In this document: positions 49,790 through 63,845 of the stretch, in pieces
How the letters are laid out: the number at the start of each line of letters is the position of its first letter
Position numbering within the stretch: the stretch's first letter is position 1
Origin: Camelus dromedarius
Lineage: Eukaryota
Direction: 5' to 3'
Assembly: GCF_036321535.1 (NCBI RefSeq)
Contig: NC_087436.1
Coordinates: 930,001-994,000 of the forward strand
DNA: 64,000 nt
Made by a program: the position numbers and the translations under genes
Notes under the pieces: generated by a model
What the model saw: the letters and a program-made list of their open reading frames with translations, nothing else
Told to the model about the DNA's origin: nothing
Databases searched by the model: none

Positions 49790-52700
49790 TTCCTAGTGCC
49801 GGTTTGAAGTTCCTGCAGTTTTCACTCTCAAACCGAGTTGGAGCTAGTACCTCCCCATATATATGTATGGAATTGAGTTGGCAACTGAAAAGAAACTTTG
49901 TGTCCCCAACAAGCTAGGTGAAGGACGGCTTTCACACACATTTATCTCTCAGAACTGAGCAAGTGGAGAGACGTTCTTTCATGTAGCACCAAGGGAACGG
50001 GTTGCAGGAGACACTTTTTCTATGCTTCCTCAGTCTGTTTCCTAGTGCCGGTTTGAAGTTCCTGCAGTTTTCACTGTTAAACCGAGTTGGAGCTTCTACC
50101 TCCCCATATATATGTATGGAATGGAGTTTGCAACTGAAAAGAAACTTTGTGTTCCCAACAAGCAAGGTGAAGGACGGCTTTCACACACACTTATCTCTCA
50201 GAACAGAGCAATTGGAGAGACGTTCGTTCATCTAGCACCAAGGGAACGGGTTGCAGGAGACACTTTTTCTCTGCTTTCTCAGTCTGTTTCCTAGTGCCGG
50301 GTTGAAGTTCCTGCAGTTTTCACTGTCAACCCGAGTTGGAGCTAGTACCTCCCCATATATATGTATGGAATGGAGTTTGCAACTGAAAAGAAACTTTGTG
50401 TTCCCAACAAGCTAGGTGAAGGACGGCTTTCACACGCACATATCTCTCAGAACTTAGCAAGTGGAGAGATTTTCGTTCATCTAGCACCAAGGGAACGGGT
50501 TGCAGGAGACACTTTTTCCCTGCTTTCTCAGTCTGTTTCCTAGTGCCGGTTTGAAGTTCCTGCAGTTTTCATTGTCAAACCAATTTGGAGCTTGTATCTC
50601 CCCATATATAAGTATGGAATGGAGTTTACAACGGAAAAGAAACTTTGTGTTCCCAACAAGCTAGGTGAAGGACGGCTTTCACACACACTTATCTCTCAGA
50701 ACAGAGCAATTGGAGAGACGTTCGTTCATCTAGCACCAAGGGAACGGGTTGCAGGAGACACTTTTTCTCTGTTTTCTCAGTCTGTTTCCTAGTGCCGGTT
50801 TGATGTTCCTGCAGTTTTCACTGTGAAACCGAGTTGGAGCTTCTACTTCCCCATATATATGTATGGAAGGAGTTTGCAACTGAAAAGAAACTTTGTGTTC
50901 CCAACAAGCTAGGTGAAGGACGGCTTTCACACACACTTATCTCTCAGAACTGAGCAAGTGGAGAGACGTTCGTTCATCTAGCACCAAGGGAACGGGTTGC
51001 AGGAGACACTTTTTCTCTGCTTTCTCAGTCTGTTTCCTAGTGCCGGTTTGAAGTTCCTGCAGTTTTCACTGTGAAACCGCGTTGGAGCTAGTACCTCCCC
51101 ATATATATGTATGGAATGGAGTTTGCAACTGAAAAGAAACTTTGTGTTCCCAAAAAGCTAGTTGAAGGACGGCTTTCACACACACTTATCTCTCAGAACT
51201 GAGCAAGTGGAGAGACGTTCGTTCATCTAGCACCAAGGGAACTGGTTGCAGGAGACACTTTTTCTCTGCATTCTCAGTCTGTTTCCTAGTGCCGGTTTGA
51301 AGTTCCTGCAGTTTTCACTGTAAAACCGAGTTGGAGCTAGTACCTCCCCATATATATGTATGGAATGGAGTTTGAAACTGAAAAGAAACTTTGTGTTCCC
51401 AACAAGCTAGGTGAAGGACGGCTTTCACACACACTTATCTCTCAGAACTGAGCAAGTGGAGAGACGTTCGTTCATCTAGCACAAAGGGAACGGGTTGCAG
51501 GAGACACTTTTTCTCTGCTTTCTCAGTCTGTTTCCTAGTGCCGGTTTGAAGTTCCTGCAGTTTTCACTGTCAAACCTATTTGGAGCTAGTACCTCCCCAT
51601 ATATATGTATGGAATTGAGTTGGCAACTGAAAAGAAACTTTGTGTCCCCAACAAGCTAGGTGAAGGACGTCTTTCACACACATTTATCTCTCAGAACTGA
51701 GCAAGTGGAGAGACATTCTTTCATGTAGCACCAATGGAACGGGTTGCAGGAGACACTTTTTCTATGCTTCCTCAGTCTGTTTCCTAGTGCCGGTTTGAAG
51801 TTCCTGCAGTTTTCACTGTTAAACCGAGTTGGAGATTCTACCTCCCCATATATATGTATGGAATGGAGTTTGCAACTGAAAAGAAACTTTGTGTTCCCAA
51901 CAAGCAAGGTGAAGGACAGCTTTCACACACACTTATCTCTCAGAACAGAGCAATTGGAGAGACGTTCGTTCATCTAGCACCAAGGGAACGGGTTGCAGGA
52001 GACACTTTTTCTCTGCTTTCTCAGTCTGTTTCCTAGTGCCGGTTTGAAGTTCCTGCAGTTTTCACTTTCAACCCGAGTTGGAGCTAGTACCTCCCCATAT
52101 ATATGTATGGACGGAGTTTGCAACTGAAAAGAAACTTTGTGTTCCCAACAAGCTAGGTGAAGGACGGCTTTCACACGCACATATCTCTCAGAACTTAGCA
52201 AGTGGAGAGATGTTCGTTCATCTAGCACCAAGGGAACGGGTTGCAGGAGACACTTTTTCCCTGCTTTCTCAGTCTGTTTCCTAGTGCCGGTTTGAAGTTC
52301 CTGCAGTTTTCATTGTCAAACCAATTTGGAGCTTGTATCTCCCCATATATAAGTATGGAATGGAGTTTACAACTGAAAAGAAACTTTGTGTTCCCAACAA
52401 GCTAGGTGAAGGACGGCTTTCACACACACTTATCTCTCAGAACAGAGCAATTGGAGAGACGTTCGTTCATCTAGCACCAAGGGAACGGGTTGCAGGAGAC
52501 ACTTTTTCTCTGTTTTCTCAGTCTGTTTCCTAGTTCCAGTTTGATGTTCCTGCAGTTTTCACTGTGAAACCGAGTTGGAGCTTCTACTTCCCCATATATA
52601 TGTATGGAATGGAGTTTGCAACTGAAAAGAAACTTTGTGTTCCCAACAAGCTAGGTGAAGGACGGCTTTCACACACACTTATCTCTCAGAACTGAGCAAG

Positions 52701-55700
52701 TGGAGAGACGTTCGTTCATCTAGCACCAAGGGAACGGGTTGCAGGGACACTTTTTCTCTGCTTTCTCAGTCTGTTTCCTAGTGCCGGTTTGAAGTTCCTG
52801 CAGTTTTCACTCTCAAACCGAGTTGGAGCTAGTACCTCCCCATATATATGTATGGAATTGAGTTGGCAACTGAAAAGAAACTTTGTGTCCCCAACAAGCT
52901 AGGTGAAGGACGGCTTTCACACACATTTATCTCTCAGAACTGAGCAAGTGGAGAGACGTTCTTTCATGTAGCACCAAGGGAACGGGTTGCAGGAGACACT
53001 TTTTCTATGCTTCCTCAGTCTGTTTCCTAGTGCCGGTTTGAAGTTCCTGCAGTTTTCACTGTTAAACCGTGTTGGAGCTTCTACCTCCCCATATATATGT
53101 ATGGAATGGAGTTTGCAACTGAAAAGAAACTTTGTGTTCCCAACAAGCAAGGTGAAGGACGGCTTTCACACACACTTATCTCTCAGAACAGAGCAATTGG
53201 AGAGACGTTCGTTCATCTAGCACCAAGGGAACGGGTTGCAGGAGACACTTTTTCTCTGCTTTCTCAGTCTGTTTCCTAGTGCCGGGTTGAAGTTCCTGCA
53301 GTTTTCACTGTCAACCCGAGTTGGAGCTAGTACCTCCCCATATATATGTATGGAATGGAGTTTGCAACTGAAAAGAAACTTTGTGTTCCCAACAAGCTAG
53401 GTGAAGGACGGCTTTCACACGCACATATCTCTCAGAACTTAGCAAGTGGAGAGATTTTCGTTCATCTAGCACCAAGGGAAGGGGTTGCAGGAGACACTTT
53501 TTCCCTGCTTTCTCAGTCTGTTTCCTAGTGCCGTTTTGAAGTTCCTGCAGTTTTCATTGTCAAACCAATTTGGAGCTTGTATCTCCCCATATATAAGTAT
53601 GGAATGGAGTTTACAACGGAAAAGAAACTTTGTGTTCCCAACAAGCTAGGTGAAGGACGGCTTTCACACACACTTATCTCTCAGAACAGAGCAATTGGAG
53701 AGACGTTCGTTCATCTAGCACCAAGGGAACGGGTTGCAGGAGACACTTTTTCTCTGTTTTCTCAGTCTGTTTCCTAGTGCCGGTTTGATGTTCCTGCAGT
53801 TTTCACTGTGAAACCGAGTTGGAGCTTCTACTTCCCCATATATATGTATGGAAGGAGTTTGCAACTGAAAAGAAACTTTGTGTTCCCAACAAGCTAGGTG
53901 AAGGACGGCTTTCACACACACTTATCTCTCAGAACTGAGCAAGTGGAGAGACGTTCGTTCATCTAGCACCAAGGGAACGGGTTGCAGGAGACACTTTTTC
54001 TCTGCTTTCTCAGTCTGTTTCCTAGTGCCGGTTTGAAGTTCCTGCAGTTTTCACTGTGAAACCGCGTTGGAGCTAGTACCTCCCCATATATATGTATGGA
54101 ATGGAGTTTGCAACTGAAAAGAAACTTTGTGTTCCCAAAAAGCTAGTTGAAGGACGGCTTTCACACACACTTATCTCTCAGAACTGAGCAAGTGGAGAGA
54201 CGTTCGTTCATCTAGCACCAAGGGAACTGGTTGCAGGAGACACTTTTTCTCTGCATTCTCAGTCTGTTTCCTAGTGCCGGTTTGAAGTTCCTGCAGTTTT
54301 CACTGTAAAACCGAGTTGGAGCTAGTACCTCCCCATATATATGTATGGAATGGAGTTTGAAACTGAAAAGAAACTTTGTGTTCCCAACAAGCTAGGTGAA
54401 GGACGGCTTTCACACACACTTATCTCTCAGAACTGAGCAAGTGGAGAGACGTTCGTTCATCTAGCACAAAGGGAACGGGTTGCAGGAGACACTTTTTCTC
54501 TGCTTTCTCAGTCTGTTTCCTAGTGCCGGTTTGAAGTTCCTGCAGTTTTCACTGTCAAACCTATTTGGAGCTAGTACCTCCCCATATATATGTATGGAAT
54601 TGAGTTGGCAACTGAAAAGAAACTTTGTGTCCCCAACAAGCTAGGTGAAGGACGGCTTTCACACACATTTATCTCTCAGAACTGAGCAAGTGGAGAGACA
54701 TTCTTTCATGTAGCACCAATGGAACGGGTTGCAGGAGACACTTTTTCTATGCTTCCTCAGTCTGTTTCCTAGTGCCGGTTTGAAGTTCCTGCAGTTTTCA
54801 CTGTTAAACCGAGTTGGAGCTTCTACCTCCCCATATATATGTATGGAATGGAGTTTGCAACTGAAAAGAAACTTTGTGTTCCCAACAAGCAAGGTGAAGG
54901 ACAGCTTTCACACACACTTATCTCTCAGAACAGAGCAATTGGAGAGACGTTCGTTCATCTAGCACCAAGGGAACGGGTTGCAGGAGACACTTTTTCTCTG
55001 CTTTCTCAGTCTGTTTCCTAGTGCCGGTTTGAAGTTCCTGCAGTTTTCACTTTCAACCCGAGTTGGAGCTAGTACCTCCCCATATATATGTATGGACGGA
55101 GTTTGCAACTGAAAAGAAACTTTGTGTTCCCAACAAGCTAGGTGAAGGACGGCTTTCACACGCACATAACTCTCAGAACTTAGCAAGTGGAGAGATGTTC
55201 GTTCATCTAGCACCAAGGGAACGGGTTGCAGGAGACACTTTTTCCCTGCTTTCTCAGTCTGTTTCCTAGTGCCGGTTTGAAGTTCCTGCAGTTTTCATTG
55301 TCAAACCAATTTGGAGCTTGTATCTCCCCATATATAAGTATGGAATGGAGTTTACAACTGAAAAGAAACTTTGTGTTCCCAACAAGCTAGGTGAAGGACG
55401 GCTTTCACACACACTTATCTCTCAGAACAGAGCAATTGGAGAGACGTTCGTTCATCTAGCACCAAGGGAACGGGTTGCAGGAGACACTTTTTCTCTGTTT
55501 TCTCAGTCTGTTTCCTAGTTCCAGTTTGATGTTCCTGCAGTTTTCACTGTGAAACCGAGTTGGAGCTTCTACTTCACCATATATATGTATGGAATGGAGT
55601 TTGCAACTGAAAAGAAACTTTGTGTTCCCAACAAGCTAGGTGAAGGACGGCTTTCACACACACTTATCTCTCAGAACTGAGCAAGTGGAGAGACGTTCGT

Positions 55701-55790
55701 TCATCTAGCACCAAGGGAACGGGTTGCAGGGACACTTTTTCTCTGCTTTCTCAGTCTGTTTCCTAGTGCCGGTTTGAAGTTCCTGCAGTT
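49790..55790. repeat. 12-monomer duplication (2985-bp offset), each unit made of a 7-mer plus a 5-mer of module X
   Basis: ORF pairs 49932/52917, 50592/53577, 51674/54659 and 52333/55318 differ by 2985 bp. The GCAGGGACAC deletion is at 52741 and 55726. Confidence 0.85.
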
Positions 55791-58700
55791 TTCACTGTGA
55801 AACCGCGTTGGAGCTAGTACCTCCCCATATATATGTATGGAATGGAGTTTGCAACTGAAAAGAAACTTTGTGTTCCCAAAAAGCTAGTTGAAGGACGGCT
55901 TTCACACACACTTATCTCTCAGAACTGAGCAAGTGGAGAGACGTTCGTTCATCTAGCACCAAGGGAACTGGTTGCAGGAGACACTTTTTCTCTGCATTCT
56001 CAGTCTGTTTCCTAGTGCCGGTTTGAAGTTCCTGCAGTTTTCACTGTAAAACCGAGTTGGAGCTAGTACCTCCCCATATATATGTACGGAATGGAGTTTG
56101 CAACTGAAAAGAAACTTTGTGTTCCCAACAAGCTAGGTGAAGGACGGCTTTCACACACACTTATCTCTCAGAACTGAGCAAGTGGAGAGACGTTCGTTCA
56201 TCTAGCACAAAGGGAACGGGTTGCAGGAGACACTTTTTCTCTGCTTTCTCAGTCTGTTTCCTAGTGCCGGTTTGAAGTTCCTGCAGTTTTCACTGTCAAA
56301 CCTATTTGGAGCTAGTACCTCCCCATATATATGTATGGAATTGAGTTGGCAACTGAAAAGAAACTTTGTGTTCCCAACAAGCTATGTGAAGGACGGCTTT
56401 CACACACACTTATCTCTGAGAACTGAGCAAGTGGAGAGACGTTCTTTCATGTAGCTCCAATGGAACGGGTTGCAGGAGACACTTTTTCTCTGCTTCCTCA
56501 GTCTGTTTCCTAGTGCCAGTTTGAAGTTCCTGCAGTTTTCACTGTAAAACCGAGTTGGAGCTTCTACCTCCCCATATATATGTATGGAATGGAGTTTGCA
56601 ACTGAAAAGAAACTTTGTGTTCCCAACAAGCTAGGTGAAGGACGGCTTTCACACACACTTATCTCTCAGAACTGAGCAAGTGGAGAGACTTTCGTTCATG
56701 TAGCACCAAGGGAACGGGTTGCAGGAGACACTTTTTCTCTGCTTTCTCAGTCTGTTTCCTAGTGCCGGTTTGAAGTTCCTGCAGTTTTCACTCTCAAACC
56801 GAGTTGGAGCTAGTACCTCCCCATATATATGTATGGAATTGAGTTGGCAACTGAAAAGAAACTTTGTGTCCCCAACAAGCTAGGTGAATGACGGCTTTCA
56901 CACACATTTATCTCTCAGAACTGAGCAAGTGGAGAGACGTTCTTTCATGTAGCACCAAGGGAACGGGTTGCAGGAGACACTTTTTCTATGCTTCCTCAGT
57001 CTGTTTCCTAGTGCCGGTTTGAAGTTCCTGCAGTTTTCACTGTTAAACCGAGTTGGAGCTTCTACCTCCCCATATATATGTATGGAATGGAGTTTGCAAC
57101 TGAAAAGAAACTTTGTGTTCCCAACAAGCAAGGTGAAGGACGGCTTTCACACACACTTATCTCTCAGAACAGAGCAATTGGAGAGACGTTCGTTCATCTA
57201 GCACCAAGGGAACGGGTTGCAGGAGACACTTTTTCTCTGCTTTCTCAGTCTGTTTCCTAGTGCCGGTTTGAAGTTCCTGCAATTTTCACTGTCAAACCGA
57301 GTTGCAGCTAGTACCTACCCATATATATGTATGGAATGGAGTTTGCAACTGAAAAGAAACTTTGTGTTCCCAACAAGCTAGGTGAAGGACGGCTTTCACA
57401 CACATTTATCTCTCAGAACTGAGCAAGTGGAGAGACGTTCGTTCATGTAGCACCAAGGGAACGGGTTGCAGGAGACACTTTTTCTCTGCTTTCTCAGTCT
57501 GTTTCCTAGTGCCGGTTTGAAGTTCCTGCAGTTTTCACTGTCAAACCGAGTTGGAGCTAGTACCTCCCCATATATATGTATGGAATGGAGTTTGCAACTG
57601 AAAAGAAACTTTGTGTTCCCAACAAGCTAGGTGAAGGACGGCTTTCACACACACTTATCTCTCAGAACTGAGCAAGTGGAGAGACGTTCGTTCATGTAGC
57701 ACCAAGGGAACGGGTTGCAGGAGACATTTTTTCTCTGCTTCCTCAGTCTGTTTCCTAGTGCCGGTTTGAAGTTCCTGCACATTTCACTGTAAAACCGTGT
57801 TGGAGCTTGTACCTCCCCATATATATGTATGGAATGGAGTTTGCAACTGAAAAGAAACTTTGTGTTCCCAACAAGCTAGGTGAAGGACGGCTTTCACACA
57901 CACTTATCTCCCAGAACTGAGCAAGTGGAGAGACGTTCGTTCATCTAGCACCAAGGGAACGGGTTGCAGGAGACACTTTTTCTCTGCTTTCTCAGTCTGT
58001 TTCCTAGAGCCGGTTTGAAGTTCCTGCAGTTTTCACTGTAAAACCGAGTTGGAGCTTCTACCTCCCCATATATATGTATGGAATGGAGTTTGCAACTGAA
58101 AAGAAACTTTGTGTTCCCAACAAGCAAGGTGAAGGACGGCTTACACACACACTTATTTCTCAGAACTGAGCAAGTGGAGAGACGTTCGTTCATCTAGCAC
58201 CAAGGGAACGGGTTGCAAGAGACACTTTTTCTCTGCTTTCTCAGTCTTTTTCCTAGTGCCGGTTTAAATTACCTGCAGTTTTCACTGTCAAACCGAGTTG
58301 GAGCTAGTACCTCCCCATATATATGTATGGAATTGAGTTGGCAACTGAAAAGAAACTTTGTGTTCCCAACAAGCTAGGTGAAGGACGGCTTTCACACACA
58401 CTTATCTCTCAGAACTGAGCAAGTGGAGAGACGTTCTTTCATGTAGCACCAAGGGAACGTGTTGCAGGAGACACTTTTTCCCTGCTTTCTCAGTCTGTTT
58501 CCTAGTGCCGGTTTGAAGTTCCTGCAGTTTTCATTGTCAAACCAATTTGGAGCTTGTATCTCCCCATATATAAGTATGGAATGGAGTTTACAACTGAAAA
58601 GAAACTTTGTGTTCCCAACAAGCTAGGTGAAGGACGGCTTTCACACACACTTATCTCCCAGAACTGAGCAAGTGGAGAGACGTTCGTTCATCTAGCACCA

Positions 58701-61700
58701 AGGGAACGGGTTGCAGGAGACACTTTTTCTCTGTTTTCTCAGTCTGTTTCCTAGTTCCAGTTTGATGTTCCTGCAGTTTTCACTGTGAAACCGAGTTGGA
58801 GCTTCTACTTCCCCATATATATGTATGGAATGGAGTTTGCAACTGAAAAGAAACTTTGTGTTCCCAACAAGCTAGGTGAAGGACGGCTTTCACACACACT
58901 TATCTCTCAGAACTGAGCAAGTGGAGAGACGTTCGTTCATCTAGCACCAAGGGAACGGGTTGCAGGGACACTTTTTCTCTGCTTTCTCAGTCTGTTTCCT
59001 AGTGCCGGTTTGAAGTTCCTGCAGTTTTCACTGTGAAACCGCGTTGGAGCTAGTACCTCCCCATATATATGTATGGAATGGAGTTTGCAACTGAAAAGAA
59101 ACTTTGTGTTCCCAAAAAGCTAGTTGAAGGACGGCTTTCACACACACTTATCTCTCAGAACAGAGCAAGTGGAGAGACGTTCGTTCATCTAGCACCAAGG
59201 GAACTGGTTGCAGGAGACACTTTTTCTCTGCATTCTCAGTCTGTTTCCTAGTGCCGGTTTGAAGTTCCTGCAGTTTTCACTGTAAAACCGAGTTGGAGCT
59301 AGTACCTCCCCATATATATGTATGGAATGGAGTTTGCAACTGAAAAGAAACTTTGTGTTCCCAACAAGCTAGGTGAAGGACGGCTTTCACACACACTTAT
59401 CTCTCAGAACTGAGCAAGTGGAGAGACGTTCGTTCATCTAGCACAAAGGGAAAGGGTTGCAGGAGACACTTTTTCTCTGCTTTCTCAGTCTGTTTCCTAG
59501 TGCCGGTTTGAAGTTCCTGCAGTTTTCACTGTCAAACCTATTTGGAGCTAGTACCTCCCCATATATATGTATGGAATTGAGTTGGCAACTGAAAAGAAAC
59601 TTTGTGTTCCCATCAAGCTATGTGAAGGACGGCTTTCACACACACTTATCTCTGAGAACTGAGCAAGTGGAGAGACGTTCTTTCATGTAGCTCCAATGGA
59701 ACGGGTTGCAGGAGACACTATTTCTCTGCTTCCTCAGTCTGTTTCCTAGTGCCAGTTTGAAGTTCCTGCAGTTTTCACTGTAAAACCGAGTTGGAGCTTC
59801 TACCTCCCCATATATATGTATGGAATGGAGTTTGCAACTGAAAAGAAACTTTGTGTTCCCAACAAGCTAGGTGAAGGACGGCTTTCACACACACTTATCT
59901 CTCAGAACTGAGCAAGTGGAGAGACTTTCGTTCATGTAGCACCAAGGGAACGGGTTGCAGGAGACACTTTTTCTCTGCTTTCTCAGTCTGTTTCCTAGTG
60001 CCGGTTTGAAGTTCCTGCAGTTTTCACTCTCAAACCGAGTTGGAGCTAGTACCTCCCCATATATATGTATGGAATTGGGTTGGCAACTGAAAAGAAACTT
60101 TGTGTCCCCAACAAGCTAGGTGAAGGACGGCTTTCACACACATTTATCTCTCAGAACTGAGCAAGTGGAGAGACGTTCTTTCATGTAGCACCAAGGGAAC
60201 GGGTTGCAGGAGACACTTTTTCTATGCTTCCTCAGTCTGTTTCCTAGTGCCGGTTTGAAGTTCCTGCAGTTTTCAATGTTAAACCGAGTTGGAGCTTCTA
60301 CCTCCCCATATATATGTATGGAATGGAGTTTGCAACTGAAAAGAAACTTTGTGTTCCCAACAAGCAAGGTGAAGGACGGCTTTCACACACACTTATCTCT
60401 CAGAACAGAGCAATTGGAGAGACGTTCGTTCATCTAGCACCAAGGGAACGGGTTGCAGGAGACACTTTTTCTCTGCTTTCTCAGTCTGTTTCCTAGTGCC
60501 GGTTTGAAGTTCCTGCAATTTTCACTGTCAAACCGAGTTGCAGCTAGTACCTACCCATATATATGTATGGAATGGAGTTTGCAACTGAAAAGAAACTTTG
60601 TGTTCCCAACAAGCTAGGTGAAGGACGGCTTTCACACACATTTATCTCTCAGAACTGAGCAAGTGGAGAGACGTTCGTTCATGTAGCACCAAGGGAACGG
60701 GTTGCAGGAGACACTTTTTCTCTGCTTTCTCAGTCTGTTTCCTAGTGCCGGTTTGAAGTTCCTGCAGTTATCACTGTCAAACCGAGTTGGAGCTAGTACC
60801 TCCCCATATATATGTATGGAATGGAGTTTGCAACTGAAAAGAAACTTTGTGTTCCCAACAAGCTAGGTGAAGGACGGCTTTCACACACACTTATCTCTCA
60901 GAACTGAGCAAGTGGAGAGACGTTCGTTCATGTAGCACCAAGGGAACGGGTTGCAGGAGACACTTTTTCTCTGCTTTCTCAGTCAGTTTCCTAGTGCCGG
61001 TTTGAAGTTCCTGCACTTTTCACTGTAAAACCGTGTTGGAGCTTGTACCTCCCCATATATATGTATGGAATGGAGTTTGCAACTGAAAAGAAACTTTGTG
61101 TTCCCAACAAGCTAGGTGAAGGACGGCTTTCACACACACTTATCTCCCAGAACTGAGCAAGTGGAGAGACGTTCGTTCATCTAGCACCAAGGGAACGGGT
61201 TGCAGGAGACACTTTTTCTCTGCTTTCTCAGTCTGTTTCCTAGAGCCGGTTTGAAGTTCCTGCAGTTTTCACTGTAAAACCGAGTTGGAGCTTCTACCTC
61301 CCCATATATATGTATGGAATGGAGTTTGCAACTGAAAAGAAACTTTGTGTTCCCAACAAGCAAGGTGAAGGACGGCTTACACACACACTTATTTCTCAGA
61401 ACTGAGCAAGTGGAGAGACTTTCGTTCATCTAGCACCAAGGGAACGGGTTGCAAGAGACACTTTTTCTCTGCTTTCTCAGTCTTTTTCCTAGTGCCGGTT
61501 TAAATTACCTGCAGTTTTCACTGTCAAACCGAGTTGGAGCTAGTACCTCCGTATATATATGTATGGAATTGAGTTGGCAACTGAAAAGAAACTTTGTGTT
61601 CCCAACAAGCTAGGTGAAGGACGGCTTTCACACACAATTATCTCTCAGAACTGAGCAAGTGGAGAGACGTTCTTTCATGTAGCACCAAGGGAACGTGTTG
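55230..61700. repeat. 13-monomer duplication (3236-bp offset)
   Basis: ORF pairs 56221/59457, 56898/60134 and 57945/61181 differ by 3236 bp, as do ACCAATTT at 55305/58541 and the GCAGGGAC deletion at 55726/58962. Confidence 0.85.
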
Positions 61701-62279
61701 CAGGAGACACTTTTTCTCTTCTTCCTCAGTCTGTTTCCTAGTGCCGGTTTGAAGTTCCTGCAGTTTTCACTGTAAAACCTTGTTGGAGCTTGTACCTCCC
61801 CATATATATGAATGGAATGGAGTTTGCAACTGAAAAGATACTTTGTGTTCCCAACAAGCTAGGTGAATGATGGCTTTCACACACACTTATCTCTCAGAAC
61901 TGAGCAAGTGGAGAGACGTTCGTTCATCTAGCACCAAGGGAACGGGTTGCAGGAGACACTTTTTCTCAGCTTTCTCAGTCTGTTTCCTAGTGCCGGTTTG
62001 AAGTTCCTGCAGTTTTCACTGTAAAACCGAGTTGGAGCTTCTACCTCCCCATATATATGTTTGGAATGGAGTTTGCAACTTAAAAGAAACTTTGTGTTCC
62101 CAACAAGCTAGGTGAAGGACGGCTTTCACACACACTTATCTCTCAGAACAGACCAAGTTGAGAGACGTTCGTTCATCTAGCACCAAGGGAACGGGATGCA
62201 GGGGACACTTTTTCTCTGCTTTCTCAGTCTGTTTCCTAGTGCCGGTTTGAAGTTCCTGCAGTTTTCACTGTGAAACCGA

Positions 62280-63845
62280 GTTGGAGCTAGTACCTCCCCA
62301 TATATATGTATGGAATGGAGTTTGCAACTGAAAAGAAACTTTGTGTTCCCAACAAGCTAGTTGAAGGTCGGCTGTCACACGCACATATCTCTCAGAACTG
62401 AGCAAGTGGAGAGACGTTCGTTCATCTAGCACCAAGGGAACGGGTTGGAGGAGACACTTTTTCTATGCTTCCTCAGTCTGTTTCCTAGTGCCGGTTTGAA
62501 GTTCCTGCAGTTTTCACTGTAAAACCGGGTTGGAGCTTGTACCTCCCCATATATATGTATGGAATGGAGTTTGCAACTGAAAAGAAACTTTGTGTTCCCA
62601 ACAAGCTAGGTGAAGGACGGCTTTCACACACAGTTATCTCTCAGAAATGAGCAAGTGGAGAGACGTTCGTTCATCTAGCACCAAGGGAACGGGTTGCAGG
62701 AGACACTTTTTCTCTGCTTTCTCAGTCTGTTTCCTAGTGCCGGTTTGAAGTTCCTGCAGTTTTCACTGTCAAACAGAGTTGGAGCTAGTACCTCCCCATA
62801 TATATGTATGGAATGAAGTTTGCAACTGAAAAGAAACTTTGTGTTCCCAACAATCTAGGTGAAGGACGGCTTTCACACACACTTATCTCTCAGAACAGAG
62901 CAAGTGGAGAGACGTTCGTTCATGTAGCACCAAGGGAACGGGTTGCAGGAGACACTTTTTCTCTGCTTTCTCAGTCTGTTTCCTAGTGCCGGTTTGAAGT
63001 TCCTGCAGTTATCACTGTCAAACCGAGTTGGAGCTAGTACCTCCCCATATATATGTATGGAATGGAGTTTGCAACTGAAAAGAAACTTTGTGTTCCCAAC
63101 AAGCTAGTTGAAGGTCGGCTGTCACACGCACATATCTCTCAGAACTGAGCAAGTGGAGAGACGTTCGTTCATCTAGCACCAAGGGAACGGGTTGGAGGAG
63201 ACACTATTTCTATGCTTCCTCAGTCTGTTTCCTAGTGCCGGTTTGAAGTTCCTGCAGTTTTCACTGTAAAACCGGGTTGGAGCTTGTACCTCCCCATATA
63301 TATGTATGGAATGGAGTTTGCAACTGAAAAGAAACTTTGTGTTCCCAACAAGCTAGGTGAAGGACGGCTTTCACACACAGTTATCTCTCAGAAATGAGCA
63401 AGTGGAGAGACGTTCGTTCATCTAGCACCAAGGGAACGGGTTGCAGGAGACACTTTTTCTCTGCTTTCTCAGTCTGTTTCCTAGTGCCGGTTTGAAGTTC
63501 CTGCAGTTTTCACTGTCAAACAGAGTTGGAGCTAGTACCTCCCCATATATATGTATGGAATGAAGTTTGCAACTGAAAAGAAACTTTGTGTTCCCAACAA
63601 TCTAGGTGAAGGACGGCTTTCACACACACTTATCTCTCAGAACAGAGCAAGTGGAGAGACGTTCGTTCATGTAGCACAAAGGGAACGGGTTGCAGGAGAC
63701 ACTTTTTCTCTGCTTTCTCAGTCTGTTTCCTAGTGCCGGTTTGAAGTTCCTGCAGTTATCACTGTCAAACCGAGTTGGAGCTAGTACCTCCCCATATATA
63801 TGTATGGAATGGAGTTTGCAACTGAAAAGAAACTTTGTGTTCCCA
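62280..63845. repeat. Local 3-monomer duplication (747-bp offset)
   Basis: GGCTGTCAC, GGTTGGAGGAG, CAATCTAGG and GTTATCACTG recur 747 bp apart; ORFs at 62804 and 63551. Confidence 0.85.

Noticed and set aside
1319..63733. Over 100 short ORFs (60-90 aa) on both strands, e.g. MYGMEFATEKK..., MQETLFLCF...
   Set aside because: They are translations of the satellite monomer. They open and close with single variants such as AAC[T/A]GA, which toggles a TGA stop, and they overlap in several frames. I recognise no domain, and most monomers have stops in these frames.
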